Source: Mytilus galloprovincialis
Lineage: Eukaryota
Length of the DNA: 64,000 nucleotides
Direction: 5' to 3'
NCBI RefSeq assembly: GCF_965363235.1
Contig: NC_134842.1
Location: 33,912,757 to 33,976,756, forward strand
The position numbers were made by a program, and so were the translations under genes. Below the pieces are notes generated by a model that made no database searches, was not told where the DNA came from, and saw only the letters and a program-made list of their open reading frames with translations. Below, in pieces: positions 1 to 11,081 of this stretch. Numbering within the stretch: position 1 is the stretch's first letter; every line of letters starts with the position of its first letter.

Positions 1-96
1 CATTTATTGTTACAAACAAAGGTGCAGAAAACATCGAACTTGTAAACAGAGAACGAGAGCTTGCCAAAAAAGAAAATATCACCATATATGTTATAG
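1..96 (+). CDS. Gene 1 exon (partial, frame 3): C-terminal end of a VWA domain (FIVTNKGAENIELVNRERELAKKENITIYVI), donor G|GTAAAA at 97
   Basis: Open frame 3 from window start; VWA-like C-terminal motif (ITIYVIG); GT donor followed by A-rich intron; phase 1 matches next exon. Confidence 0.5.
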
Positions 97-899
97 GTAA
101 AAAAAAAAAACAGTATACTAGTATGTTATGCATAAAATGTAAAATCACAAAAATACTGAACTCAGATAAGGATATTTAAGGATATTTTAGTACTAAAGTA
201 TTATTCAAGGAATACAAATTTATTTTTAATTAAATATGATGCCATTATCAATTTATAAACGTGTTTCTTACCAAAAATTAATATCATTTTACTTCAAAAC
301 AAAGAATGAATTGAAAAAAAAATTATTTTGCTTTCAAGGATTTAAACCGGATGTGACATTAGATCAACTGGTTGCGATAGCTGGATCTAATGATTTGGTT
401 TCGTACTATGAGAGCAGTAATAGACTCATCCAAATGTCTTCAAGATTTGTACAGCTGGTATCAGGTTAGTTTATCATTTATCAATCATGGTAATCAGCGG
501 CTGTTTCTGGGGAAATCCTTATTGACAATTTTTGAACTTTTGTAGATCTTGCCGATAAATTGTTACATGATATTCGAAAATGTTCAGTATTTCTCACAGT
601 CCAAATTATTTGTAACACATTTCTAAGCAAATTCGAAACTTAGAGACGTCTGCTTGTTAAAACTTTTGCCAAATTAAAAGTATAGACTACGTTATAACTG
701 TTTCGAAGTTCGGATAAATCAGGAATCAAACGAATAGGTTTTATAGGAAAAAGAGTCATGACAAAATTAAAAGAAAAAGTAAAAAAAGATTAACACAATT
801 GACAAAACAGAAATAAGTTTGTTATAAATCTAAAGTAAAAAAAAAACATAACTTTCTTATTTGTTTTAAAATAGTTTGTTTCGTTATTAATTGTTTCAG

Positions 900-1505
900 A
901 ATTTGGTAGTGACGCAAAACTAGCTTTTGCCATTTCTGGTACAGGAATGTCGGCCAATGCATTCAGTCATATGAGGAACGTCGTTGTCACAGCAGCCAAC
1001 TTGTATAAGCAGCTGTCGCAGCTTGGTAACAAAAATATAGAACTTGCAGCTGGCCTTATCGGGTATAACGGATTTTATTTAGTTCAGCCGCTTACTGCTG
1101 TAAGTAATATCAATCTGGTTCAACTGGAAAACAGCCTTGCTCAATTGGTAAATGAACCTCTAGCACAGTCAATGATGAATATGTACTTTACATTGTCTCA
1201 GCAGAAGGTAGCAGGAAGACCACAATACGCAGTGGTGTACTATTCCGGGGGTCTAGGCAGCAATAAAAATATGGTGTTGAAGATTGCACAAATGATGAGG
1301 GACAATGGTATAACAGTGATTCCATTTAATGTGGACGGGATCAGTACTGATGTTGAAAATTCTGCTGAGTATAAAGATGCAGTTCTCTTGGCTGGTGGTA
1401 ACGCAAATAACGTTATGTGGCTGTCCAGAAATTATATCAGAAATAACCAAACAAAAAACCCAATTGAACTGAGCGGATATCTGAAAAACAATATCATGAA
1501 CGTGG
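900..1505 (+). CDS. Gene 1 exon: VWA-like domain lacking the DxSxS MIDAS motif (…QYAVVYYSGGLGSNKNMVLKIAQMMRDNGITVIPFNVDG…)
   Basis: Acceptor ttgtttcAG at 898-899, donor G|GTATGT at 1506; contains ORF 947-1588 frame; phase 1 in / phase 1 out, consistent with flanking exons. Confidence 0.6.
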
Positions 1506-1971
1506 GTATGTCACCTTATGACAGTAAATTCATGCATGCTTACACATATGCATTTTTGAAAATTTTGTTAAAAAAAAACACTCAATGATGCGATTGCAAT
1601 GCAGGTCTGAAAGTTTAAAAGAAAAAAAAAACATATCATTTCTAGAAAGAGGCTGTGTATAGGTGTTTATTAGAATAGAAAATAATTGGCAACAAATATA
1701 AAGAGAGATAAATGGACCAAACAATAAAAACACAGAGAATATTAAGGAAATGAAACATAACAAATAATTGGCAAAAAATATAAAGCATGGAGAAAAATGG
1801 CATAACAATTAAAGAATACAAAAATGCAGATCCCCCATTTAGACCATCAGATACTCTTGTACTAGCAACTAAATACCAGAAGTTTTTATTTTATTTTATC
1901 AGGGAAATACAATTTTTTTTATCGAATTGTAGCATTATCGGTTCTGTATAGATGTTTAAATTCTTCTTTAG

Positions 1972-2541
1972 GTAATTATGGCTGTAATGTTGATGTCTCC
2001 ATGGGTCAAATGGGGGATCTAGATCCAAGTGCATTGAAGGAAGTTCGTAAAATTATAGCAGCTTTCATTGGAACGTCGGAACAAGATTGTAAAGGTCGAA
2101 TGAAAATGGGTGTGTTCGAATTCGACCAGACGACGTATGCTCCGTTGATACATTTCGGTCTACACAGTGACTATGCCAGCCTACAGAATGCTTTCCAGAC
2201 ACAAAGTGACATTCGAACCGCTTACCCTAGGGGATCAGCTGCTATACAGTATATTCTTAATTCACTTACTCAAAATCAACAATCAGATATGGTTAAAGCT
2301 GGCGTACTCCTTGTTGATGATGAAGTATATTCAAAATACGAGACATTGATAAAAGCGTACAACGCATATGCGAAAGGGATCCATGTAATTGTTATGAGCG
2401 TGTCACAGGCAGGGTCATTGCTTACACAACAAGACAAGGTCAACATGGCTAATGGTGTGGCAGCCAATACGTTTACAGTTAACAATATAGCAAGCTTAAA
2501 CACAGATGGCAAGGCGTATCTAATTAACATACTGGGCCAAT
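1972..2541 (+). CDS. Gene 1 exon: second degenerate VWA-like domain (…AGVLLVDDEVYSKYETLIKAYNAYAKGIHVIVMSV…)
   Basis: Acceptor ttcttctttAG at 1970-1971; donor T|GTAAGT at 2542; same frame as ORF 2001-2615; phase consistent. Confidence 0.6.
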
Positions 2542-2860
2542 GTAAGTTTTCGACGTTAGATTGGACATTTGCCAATTCCCGATTGGATTCTGTTATACCA
2601 CTCTTTTTAAGCTAGTAGCTTCCCTTTGTTATTCGTAGAATAGTTCTATAACAGACAAAATTGGCATTTTGCATATGCAAAGCATAATAAGTTGAAAGTT
2701 GTCAAAAGTAATTGGCTTAAAAACAATTTAAATGTAATCAAAAGATTTGGAAAACTTTTAAAAAGGTTACAAACATTAAGCATATATCATTTTGCTCTTT
2801 CCGTTAACTCTCCATTCCTAATAAAAACTGACATGCCTAACTTGAAAAAGAATATCTAAT

Positions 2861-3260
2861 TTAAGGATGTACTTAGGTGAAATTTGAAAAATCAAGAAAT
2901 TGAAATTGATACTACATGTTGAATGAGCACCAGCTATGGAACAAAATAAGCTAAAAATATTGATAGGTCATGGAGCTCCTTTTCGAGTTATTTGAGTTTT
3001 AAAAATTGGCGGGAAAAGGCTGACTCGGACTTTTACCTTACATTTGCATTGGTATTATTTGGGTCTCAAATCGAAAGAACAAAAATTAAGAATCTGCTTA
3101 AATTTTGGAAAATGGCCTTTTATGAGCTATTGAAGTCATTTATGAAAAGAAAAATGGGTGTTATGGGGCAAAATATTTAACCCTGTATTGATGGAAAAAA
3201 ACCCAAGGAGTCCGAACATCTGACACCAATTTCCAAAACCTCACCTAAGTACATTCTTAA
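2861..3260. mobile_element. MITE copy 1 (~392 bp) with 20-bp terminal inverted repeats TTAAGGATGTACTTAGGTGA / TCACCTAAGTACATTCTTAA, flanked by TTAA
   Basis: Near-identical second copy at 31405-31816; TIRs read directly; no internal ORF; sits in a gene 1 intron. Confidence 0.7.
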
Positions 3261-3550
3261 AGGTCAATAACGGGAATGATCAAACAGATTATTAATGACG
3301 CTAATTCTTTTAGCAAATTCATAATTGTGACGTAATGATATTGTAAAACGTATGTGATTTTGATTTGATATATTTTTGTTTCTATGATTAAAATAGCCAA
3401 TTGTACGACTAGAGTATCACCACAATGTTATATATATTCTGATTTTGCTAGATACATTTTATGTGCATTTTATAAAAGTTAAATGTAATTATTATCAGTT
3501 GCATAAAACATCTACATTTGAAGCAGTAATATTTTGGCTTTATTTTGCAG

Positions 3551-3682
3551 TAAATACATTTAATCCAACAACAACTGCTGCAGCAACAACTTCCTTGGCA
3601 ACAACAACGACAACGACGACACAAGCACCAACAACTACCACCATCAAAACAACAACGCGCGACTATAACACAGGTTTAACAG
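3551..3682 (+). CDS. Gene 1 exon: Thr-rich mucin-like linker (NTFNPTTTAAATTSLATTTTTTTQAPTTTTIKTTTRDYNTGLT)
   Basis: Acceptor ttattttgcAG 3549-3550; donor CAG|GTAGGT at 3683; phase 1/1; Thr-rich low-complexity coding typical of O-glycosylated linkers. Confidence 0.55.
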
Positions 3683-3699
3683 GTAGGTGAATACCGGGC

Positions 3700-4500
3700 A
3701 CGTGATCGAAACGCCATTATACAATCCTGTATACGTGAGAGATCAAAACGTCATTATACAATCCTGTATACGTGATCAAAACATCATGAAACAATCCTAA
3801 CACGCGATAAAAACATCATTAAACCATTATGTATACGTGATCAAAACGTCATTATACAATCATGTACACGTGATCAAAACGTCATTATACAATCCTAACA
3901 CGTGATCAAAAAATCATGAAACAATCCTAACACGCGATCAAAACATCGATAAACTATTATGTATACGTGATCAAAACGTCATTATACAATCATGTACACG
4001 TGATCAGAATGTCATTATACAATACTAACACGTAATCAAAACGTCATTAAACAATCCTGAATACGTAATCATAACGTCATTATGCAATCCTGTATACGTG
4101 ATCAAAACGTTATTATACAATTCTATATATACGTGATCTAAACGTCATTATGCAATTTTATATATACGTGATAAAAACGTCATCATGCAATCCTGTTTAC
4201 GTGATCAAAACGTTATTATACAATTCTGTATACGTGATTAAAACGTCATTATCCAATCATGAACACGTGATCAAAACGTCATTATAAAATCATATTCACG
4301 TGATCAAAAACGTCATTATACAATCCTAACATGTGATCAAAACATCATTAAACAATCCTGTATACGTGATCAAAACATTATTAAACAATCCTGTATACGT
4401 GAACAAAACGTCATTGTACAATCCTCACCCGTAATCAAAACGTCATTAAACAATCCTGAACACGTGATCAAAACGTCATTATATAAATCATGTTCATGTG
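3700..4500. repeat. Minisatellite: ~40-bp unit (acgtgatcaaaacgtcattatacaatcctgtat) × ~20, immediately downstream of the Thr-linker exon
   Basis: Tandem periodicity read directly; unit variants carry small indels. Confidence 0.85.
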
Positions 4501-4788
4501 AAATTTGTGTTCCTAATAATTAACGCTTTTTGATATTTTTCTCCTCAGTAGTAAAGTTATAAAACAGGATTTGAGTAAGAAATACCATATCTACTTTATA
4601 AAAGCTTCCCTCTCGTGTTCTCTTTGTGTGTGTAAAAGTCTCAATAGTTTATACGAGAAAAAACAACATCTAAATCTAACAACAGTGGTATACTACTGTT
4701 GCCTTTACTGAACACTTTAAAAGTCACTGTAAAAACATACTGGCACATATTATTTCATTTGGCCTAATGAACACATTTTATTTTTCAG

Positions 4789-5364
4789 AATGCCTTGGTC
4801 CTGCTGATATTGCAATTGCGCTAGATTCTTCTGACAGTCTACAAATACCAGATTTCCAAAACTCGAAGGATTTTGTTAATACATTAGTTGCCAACATGCG
4901 TATAGGAGTCAATAACATTCGACTTCGATCTGTTTTTACTTTCAGCACAACCATAAAAGATATAGTTGATGATGTGTACGACAAAAATATTATAAGAGCA
5001 TTATTGCAAGCAGCAACTATGCTGAAAATAGGTACCAATACACATTTGGCTATTCAAGAAATCAGATTGAGATTACAGAGGGCTCCACAAATATCTACCA
5101 ATCCACAATTCGGTATTATTATCACTGATGGTAAATCGGCCTATCCCGCTCTAACGAAAGATGAGGCTGATTTGGCATATAACCAAGGCATCACTATGTT
5201 CGTTGTTGGAATTGTCAGTCCGAAATATTCGATTAGCGAACGACAGACAATGATAGACGAATTATATAGAATAGCTGCTAATATTATTACCAATGTTATT
5301 GTTGTAAAAGACTTCGAAGAAATGTTGACTGCTCTGCCAATATTGAATACTTTAATTTGTAATC
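4789..5364 (+). CDS. Gene 1 exon: canonical VWA domain with intact MIDAS (DIAIALDSSDSL … GTNTHLAIQ … IIITDGKS … GITMFVVGI)
   Basis: Acceptor ttatttttcAG 4787-4788; donor C|GTAAGT at 5365; DxSxS, T-x-G and TDG motifs; whole domain in one exon. Confidence 0.75.
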
Positions 5365-5504
5365 GTAAGTATCTACAATTATCAGTTACATTTTAAGTAT
5401 TTAATAAATTTGTCTATATGTCATTTTCTTTTCTTTCCCAAAATTGTTATTTGTTTTTAAAGTGATAAAGATTATAAAACATTGTCGACTGCTGTACTCC
5501 AACT

Positions 5505-5720
5505 TTTGTCTTGTAATGACATTGTATTCAATGAAATTGTATTCAACTGTCATACAAGTGAGAGATTTAGCTAGCTATAAACGAGGTTTAATCCAACTTT
5601 TTCGAAGTAAGACAATGCATGTACGAAATGGAATATGACAGTTGTTTTCCATTCGCTTGATGTATTTGAGGTTTTAATTTTATCATTTGATAATGGATTT
5701 TCCGTTTTGAATATTTTCTT
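5505..5720. mobile_element. Interspersed repeat family D (actgtcatacaagtgagagatttagctagctat…gatggattttccgttttgaat)
   Basis: Copies at 7430-7625 and 23100-23220, all in gene introns or intergenic DNA. Confidence 0.5.
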
Positions 5721-5823
5721 TTCTATTCAAGTAGTATAATTTCAGTTGCCACGACGACCATTAATTATCTGAACTATGGAGTATTTTTCTTTTCATATTT
5801 TAAAATATTGATTATAATTTCAG

Positions 5824-5868
5824 TTGCCACGACGACCACAACTTCTACCACTGTCACCGTTCCTACAA
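5824..5868 (+). CDS. Gene 1 45-nt micro-exon: Thr-rich linker (ATTTTSTTVTVPT), phase 1/1
   Basis: Acceptor tataatttcAG 5822-5823; donor ACAA|GTAAGT at 5869; partial duplicate of its acceptor plus first 17 nt at 5738-5775 (pseudo-exon). Confidence 0.45.
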
Positions 5869-6839
5869 GTAAGTACCATCAACGTATCCTTACTAGGATT
5901 TAGATACTGTAAACCAATTTTTTTTTCGTGGATACTTTATTTCGCGTGAAGCTCTTACTAGCGAATTTCGCTACGACTTAAGTTCGTGATTATAAGTTTG
6001 CTTCGTTGATATGGAAAGAGCCCAATTTGACAAATTCTCGACGATTTATATATCCGCGTTATTGTTCTACTCGCGAAAGATGAGAAAAATAATGGAGGCT
6101 TCACTGGCCAAGTGGTCCAAGTAGTTACTACAGTAAAACACCCAAAATCAAATCAATATGGAAAAAGCCAAATTTGACATATTCGCGATGATTTATATTC
6201 GCGTTATTTTTCTACTCGCGAAAGACGCGCAAACAAATCGCTCCCGAAAATTATTTGGTGTATAGTATATTTATTAAGGGTTAACAGAGGAACTTCATTA
6301 CAGGGTTGTTGACAACTACTTGATGTTATAGTATGTATGTATCATTTTGAATACTTTTTTTACCTTGAATAGAATTGAGATAACAAACCTATAGGTTTCT
6401 ACTATTCAAAGAGTCTCAAATTAACATGACAGCAGTTTACCTATATTTTAATCTCATGTATTCGCACAGCTTACAATAAAATATATGTAGTCGTTCTTAA
6501 AATAAAAATTAGTTAGAGTTATTACTCTTTCTTCACAGTATCATTGGGCTTCTGCAATAAAACGCAGCCACCAGCTTTTTTTATTACACTTATAATTTGC
6601 AGTAATTTTAAAAAAGTGAATCTAATAAAATCAGCCTAAATTTCTTTATTAAACTCAGATACGGATCTATTTAACATGCGTTTCGACTATATTAACGTAT
6701 GTGTACAATTCTAAATATAGGGTCCAACAACCGTTTTCATTTCTTAATACTAAATAATTGCGAAAATAAGATTCCACTTGAACTTGAATAAACGCTATAG
6801 ATTTGTTAGCTATGATATGATTTGAATATGGAAATAAAT

Positions 6840-7095
6840 GACCATGATTACATATCTTATATACTACGCTTTAGATTGGTTAGTTTTGAGATAATTTGAT
6901 ATTGAAAATAAATTACCATGAATACATGTGTTATACTAATAAATACATGTGTTATACCATGCTTTCGATAGGTAAGCTATGAGATGATCTGATATTGAAA
7001 AAGGATGACCATGATTACATATCTTATACCACGCTTTATATTGGTTATAGCTATGAGATGATTTGATAGTGAAAATAAATGACTGTGATTACTTT
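6840..7095. repeat. Tandem repeat, ~75-bp unit × ~3.5 (…atgaccatgattacatatcttatac…ttgatattgaaaataaat…) ending ~15 nt before the ChtBD2 exon acceptor
   Basis: Direct reading. Confidence 0.7.
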
Positions 7096-7109
7096 CTTTA
7101 TAATACCAG

Positions 7110-7331
7110 CTACACCACAGTTTGCTACTGAATGTATAACCAGATGCGACCCAAATGCAATTCGGTGCTACGTTCCTCATCCAACAAACTGCAAGTATTA
7201 TTTGGACTGTATCAGAGAGGCAGGTGCTACCCAGTTTGTGCAGTACAGTATTCAAGAATGCGGGCTACACTACTTTTTCAATCCAGACACATCCAAATGT
7301 GATCATCTTGACGAATTCATTTGTAAACAAG
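7110..7331 (+). CDS. Gene 1 exon: chitin-binding domain type 2 / peritrophin-A (CITRCDPNAIRCYVPHPTNCKYYLDCIREAGATQFVQYSIQECGLHYFFNPDTSKCDHLDEFIC)
   Basis: Six-Cys ChtBD2 spacing with aromatic cluster; acceptor ctttctttataataccAG 7108-7109; donor CAAG|GTAAGA at 7332; phase 1/1. Confidence 0.7.
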
Positions 7332-8163
7332 GTAAGAGGTCTGATATACTAAGATCAGTCATTTAAAGGTTTCTCTAAGAAAAGTGACAAAACGAATGTA
7401 CTATGGTCAATATGATTGAATTTAAGTCGACTGTCATACAAGTAAGAGGTTTAGCTAGCTATTAATCCAGGTTTTATCTACCGTTTTCCACAAAAGGAAA
7501 TGTATGTACCAGAAAATCGAGATCATAATAGCTGTTTTCCATTTGTTTAATATGTTTGAACTTTTGCTATTTGATGATGGATTTTCCGTTTTGAATTTTC
7601 CTCGGAGCTTGGTATCTTTGTTATCTTACGTTTATGTACTGAATTTTATTCATTTAACCAAATTATTTCACTCATATTCAGTGTAACCAGGCATGCACGA
7701 TGCTTCACGACTTTCTTTTTATGAATGCATTGCTTAATCAATATCGTCTTCGTATATCATTGTTTATTTCTAATTATCATTTAAAGTTTTAATTGACCAA
7801 AATATTGTGAATAAAACCAAAGATATATTTTCTAGATGTCACTTCACGGTTTGTACCAAAAAACTAATTATAGATACCAGGATTGAAATTTTGTATTTGC
7901 GCTAGATGCGTAAAAAAATAATCACAGTGAAGCTCGAATGAAAAAAAGTTTAAAAAGCCAAATAAAGTACTACGTGGAAGAGCATTGAAGACCAATAAAC
8001 AGCTAAAGTAACATATTCCTATGGTAGAAAAGCCTAAGTATTTAACAAATTCAATGTTTTGTAAACAGATAATTTTTATAGTAAACGAATTCAGGAATAT
8101 GACAGTCATTATCCATTCTAATTCGTTTTGAATATTTTTGAAAGTTTTTTGTTTGTACTCCAG

Positions 8164-8403
8164 ATCCTTGTGTCATTAACAAATGGACAAATGGTACCAC
8201 GTATCCAGTACCTAACAGTTGTAATTTGTATTATAAGTGCCAACACACTGAAGATGGAATGATGATTCACACTAGACAAGCTTGTCAGTGTGAAAATAAG
8301 TTGAAGTACGACACCACCATCAGCGGAACTGACGATCATGATCACTGTATCAAAGATACAACTAATGCATGTAGTATCGTGGACAACAGTAGGACTACTC
8401 CAA
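8164..8403 (+). CDS. Gene 1 exon: second Cys-rich ChtBD2-like domain (DPCVINKW…CNLYYKCQHTEDGMMIHTRQACQCENKLKYD…HCIKDTTNAC)
   Basis: Acceptor tttgtactcCAG 8162-8163; donor CCAA|GTAAGA 8404; CxC-ENKLKYD resembles ChtBD2 C-terminal half; phase 1/1. Confidence 0.65.
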
Positions 8404-8972
8404 GTAAGAAGTCGTATTGATATATGTGGAAACCAAAGATATACTACGAAACAATAAGCATGCAGTCAAACCTGCTTAACAGACACATTGTATTAAGCAA
8501 AAATCTGTGTTAAACGACTATCAATTTCAGATACCTCCGTAGTACAATTTGTATAAATAGAATCTGTTTAAAAGACCACCTGTCTTAAAAGACCACATTT
8601 GCGCTCTCCCTGAAGTGGTCTTATAAAACACGTTTGACTGTACATGCTTATGTATGATAATATTGCATAACTTTTACAAATTTTACAAAGTGTAATTGTC
8701 TCTAAAACCAATTGTATAATATATTGTTTTAATGCATTATGACCATACTCAAGCAACTGAATATTTTTCATTTAGAAAACCATATTTCTTTAAATATGTT
8801 AAATTATTGAATTACCAGTTTAAATGAAATTCATAAACTCAACTCTCTTTCGAAAATGTTAGAGACGTTTATCGTATCTTATAGCATCGTGATAGATCAA
8901 CCGATTTTGAATTAATAAAATTTGTTCTAAACAAATTAGCTATTGCTTACAATCTTTTAATCCAAATTTTAG

Positions 8973-9146
8973 AACTAGAAAGATGTAAAAGGTTTAAGAT
9001 TGGGGATAATAAATATATTGAGGACGGGTCGGAAAAAGAATGTGCAACTGGACAAATATTTAAATCGGAGAGGTGCAGCTGTGTTTGGGGAGAACTTCCA
9101 ACAACCCCTACGGTCACAACAACAGTTCAGCCAACAAGTAATGGAG
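8973..9146 (+). CDS. Gene 1 exon: ChtBD2 C-terminal half (ERCKRFKIGDNKYIEDGSEKECATGQIFKSERCSCVWGELP) plus Thr/Pro linker (TTPTVTTTVQPTSNG)
   Basis: Acceptor ccaaattttAG 8971-8972; two candidate donors (A|GTAATG 9137 or G|GTAAAT 9147), both phase 1. Confidence 0.5.
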
Positions 9147-9189
9147 GTAAATATAACCTTATGACATGGGTAGTATGAAATGATAAAAT

Positions 9190-9425
9190 ATGACTTAGGC
9201 CAAATAAGATAAAAGGTGTGATTCCTATTGCTCCTTTGAAAAAAAATAAGGTAGGAAGGTAAAAATATTTTTTTTATTTTACAATTCATTTTTTCATTGA
9301 GTCTATGGGAGAGAAATTATGACTTTAACAGTGCTTATTGAAAAATTTAAGGAAGGCTATATCTATGCGTAAAATATAGGGTTGGTAGGGAAATAGGAAA
9401 CACACATATTTTTTTATTTGACCTT
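9190..9425. mobile_element. Second MITE-like element (~240 bp) with palindromic termini (ggccaaataa…ttatttgacc) and internal symmetry
   Basis: Second copy at 63650-63905 (…cattgagtctatgggagagaaat…tgactttaacagtgcttattgaaaaat…gggtaggtagggaaa…aggaaacacaca…). Confidence 0.55.
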
Positions 9426-10067
9426 TTTAGTTAATTTTGAAACCTAGCACTTCTGTTTTATTTTGCTTTCATCTTAATGGTGGTGATGTGTTATCATTTG
9501 TTTTCTTTTACTTTCAATTAGGAAGAATTATAGTCATTTTATGTTTTATCATCTTCCCGCGCATTAATTGTCTTTATATCTTTGTAGGAAAATATCCATG
9601 TTTTGATTTGTATTATATTCAGTTGACACATACATAACATGCGCTGCGAACTTTGTAGAAGTCACGTGTCTGTCGTTCATAATATTAAATCGTCACCGTT
9701 TTATTTTTCGGATAGGTTTTATTATTTACCAACTGCAAAAGACGGTGATCTGGTTTACGCCGCATCGTCCGACGATCAGAAAATACTTTGTCAAATTTCT
9801 CAAGGACTTTAAATCAGATCCTAAAATTGTATGTCACTTCTTGTGTGAGCATATTATACTTTGTAAGGCATTTTCAGATTATTCGGTCATCCCTGCTGAC
9901 CATTTACTTACGTATTCATTCACAAAATGGCCAAGATAAATTATCATCGAAGATTGAAAACTGAATTATGGCTTTCTGAAAATCAGAACCAATATAATCT
10001 TAGCTATATTTGGCAAAACTTTCAATGTTCTTCAACTTCGTACTTTATTTGGCCATTATTACTTTTT

Positions 10068-10260
10068 TGGATAGTTATCAAAAGTACCAGGATTATAATT
10101 TAGTACGCCAGACGCGCGTTTCGTCTTCATAAGACTCATCAGTGACGCTGATATCAAAATATTTATAAAGCCAAACAAGTACAAAGTTGAAGAGCATTGA
10201 GAATCCAAAATTCCAAAAAGTGTCAAATACGGCTAAGGTAATCTATGAGTCTTTGTAGCC
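10068..10260. mobile_element. Interspersed repeat family B (tRNA-head-like hairpin gacgcgcgtttcgtcttcataagactcatcagtgacgc … ggctaaggtaatctatg)
   Basis: Copies at 24236-24430, 24598-24800 (partial) and 23402-23515 (partial); fragment at 14325-14365. Confidence 0.55.
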
Positions 10261-10728
10261 GAAACAAAATTTAATCCTAGTATCTATGATGAGTTTATTT
10301 AATATACGCTTGTTATACTGTGTGCTACGTTTTCATATCATTCAATTGTTGTTTATCTGTTTGTTGAATACATACAGCTGGTATCATTTGTTAGAAATTG
10401 ATTACAATTAATTTGTTTTGCCTATTAGATTTATTTCATGATATAAAATGCGTGTCGTAATCACAAGTTCTACCCATTAAACAATTAAGGTGTGAACTCT
10501 GACATTTGCTGACATCCAAAATTTGTGACTAGAATGTTTTCACAATTCAAAGTTATTAGATATAGGAAGATGTGGTATGAGTGCCAATGATACAACTCTC
10601 CATCCAAGTCACAACTTATAAAAATAAACAATTTTTAATTGTTTTGTGATGTTCTTTTATCTTATAAAATATTTATTTATTTTAATCGACAATATGCTAT
10701 TTAAAGATAAAATGTATCTATTTTTTAG

Positions 10729-11081
10729 AATGTATTCCGAGCATCCATCTGGATTTCTCAACAATATTAAGCACTGACCCACAACTTCAAGGACAAGACA
10801 ATGTCCAAGTGGCGAACGGTAAAGGCTACTTTGGTGGACTCTCATTTATTGCCAATCCACAACTAAACAACAATATATTACCAATATTTATTGCAAAACT
10901 TAAACTGAAAATGGATACATCATTTAGTTTTGGGAGCAACTCTTTATTGAAGAGTTGTTCAGGAAATCCAATGGCATCTATTCAAATGTACGCAGAAAGA
11001 ACTAACACAAAGAATAAGCTTATTACAAAAGTGATGATAAGTGACTTCAGGGCAATAACTGTCTCTAATGATAAATATGAT
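10729..11081 (+). CDS. Gene 1 exon: unassigned ~117-aa module (ECIPSIHLDFSTILS…GKGYFGGLSFIANPQL…KSCSGNPMASIQMYAERTNTKNKLITKVMISDFRAITVSNDKYD)
   Basis: Acceptor ctattttttAG 10727-10728; donor GAT|GTAAGT 11082; homologous to minus-strand exon 28817-29175 (CxPxIxLD… / …SNCADNELGAVEIALAPRNKEVI). Confidence 0.55.

Noticed and set aside
1253-1808. Antisense ORFs 1253-1450 (-) and 1530-1808 (-) overlapping the VWA exon
   Set aside because: Opposite strand of a well-supported coding exon, low-complexity translation, no splice signals.
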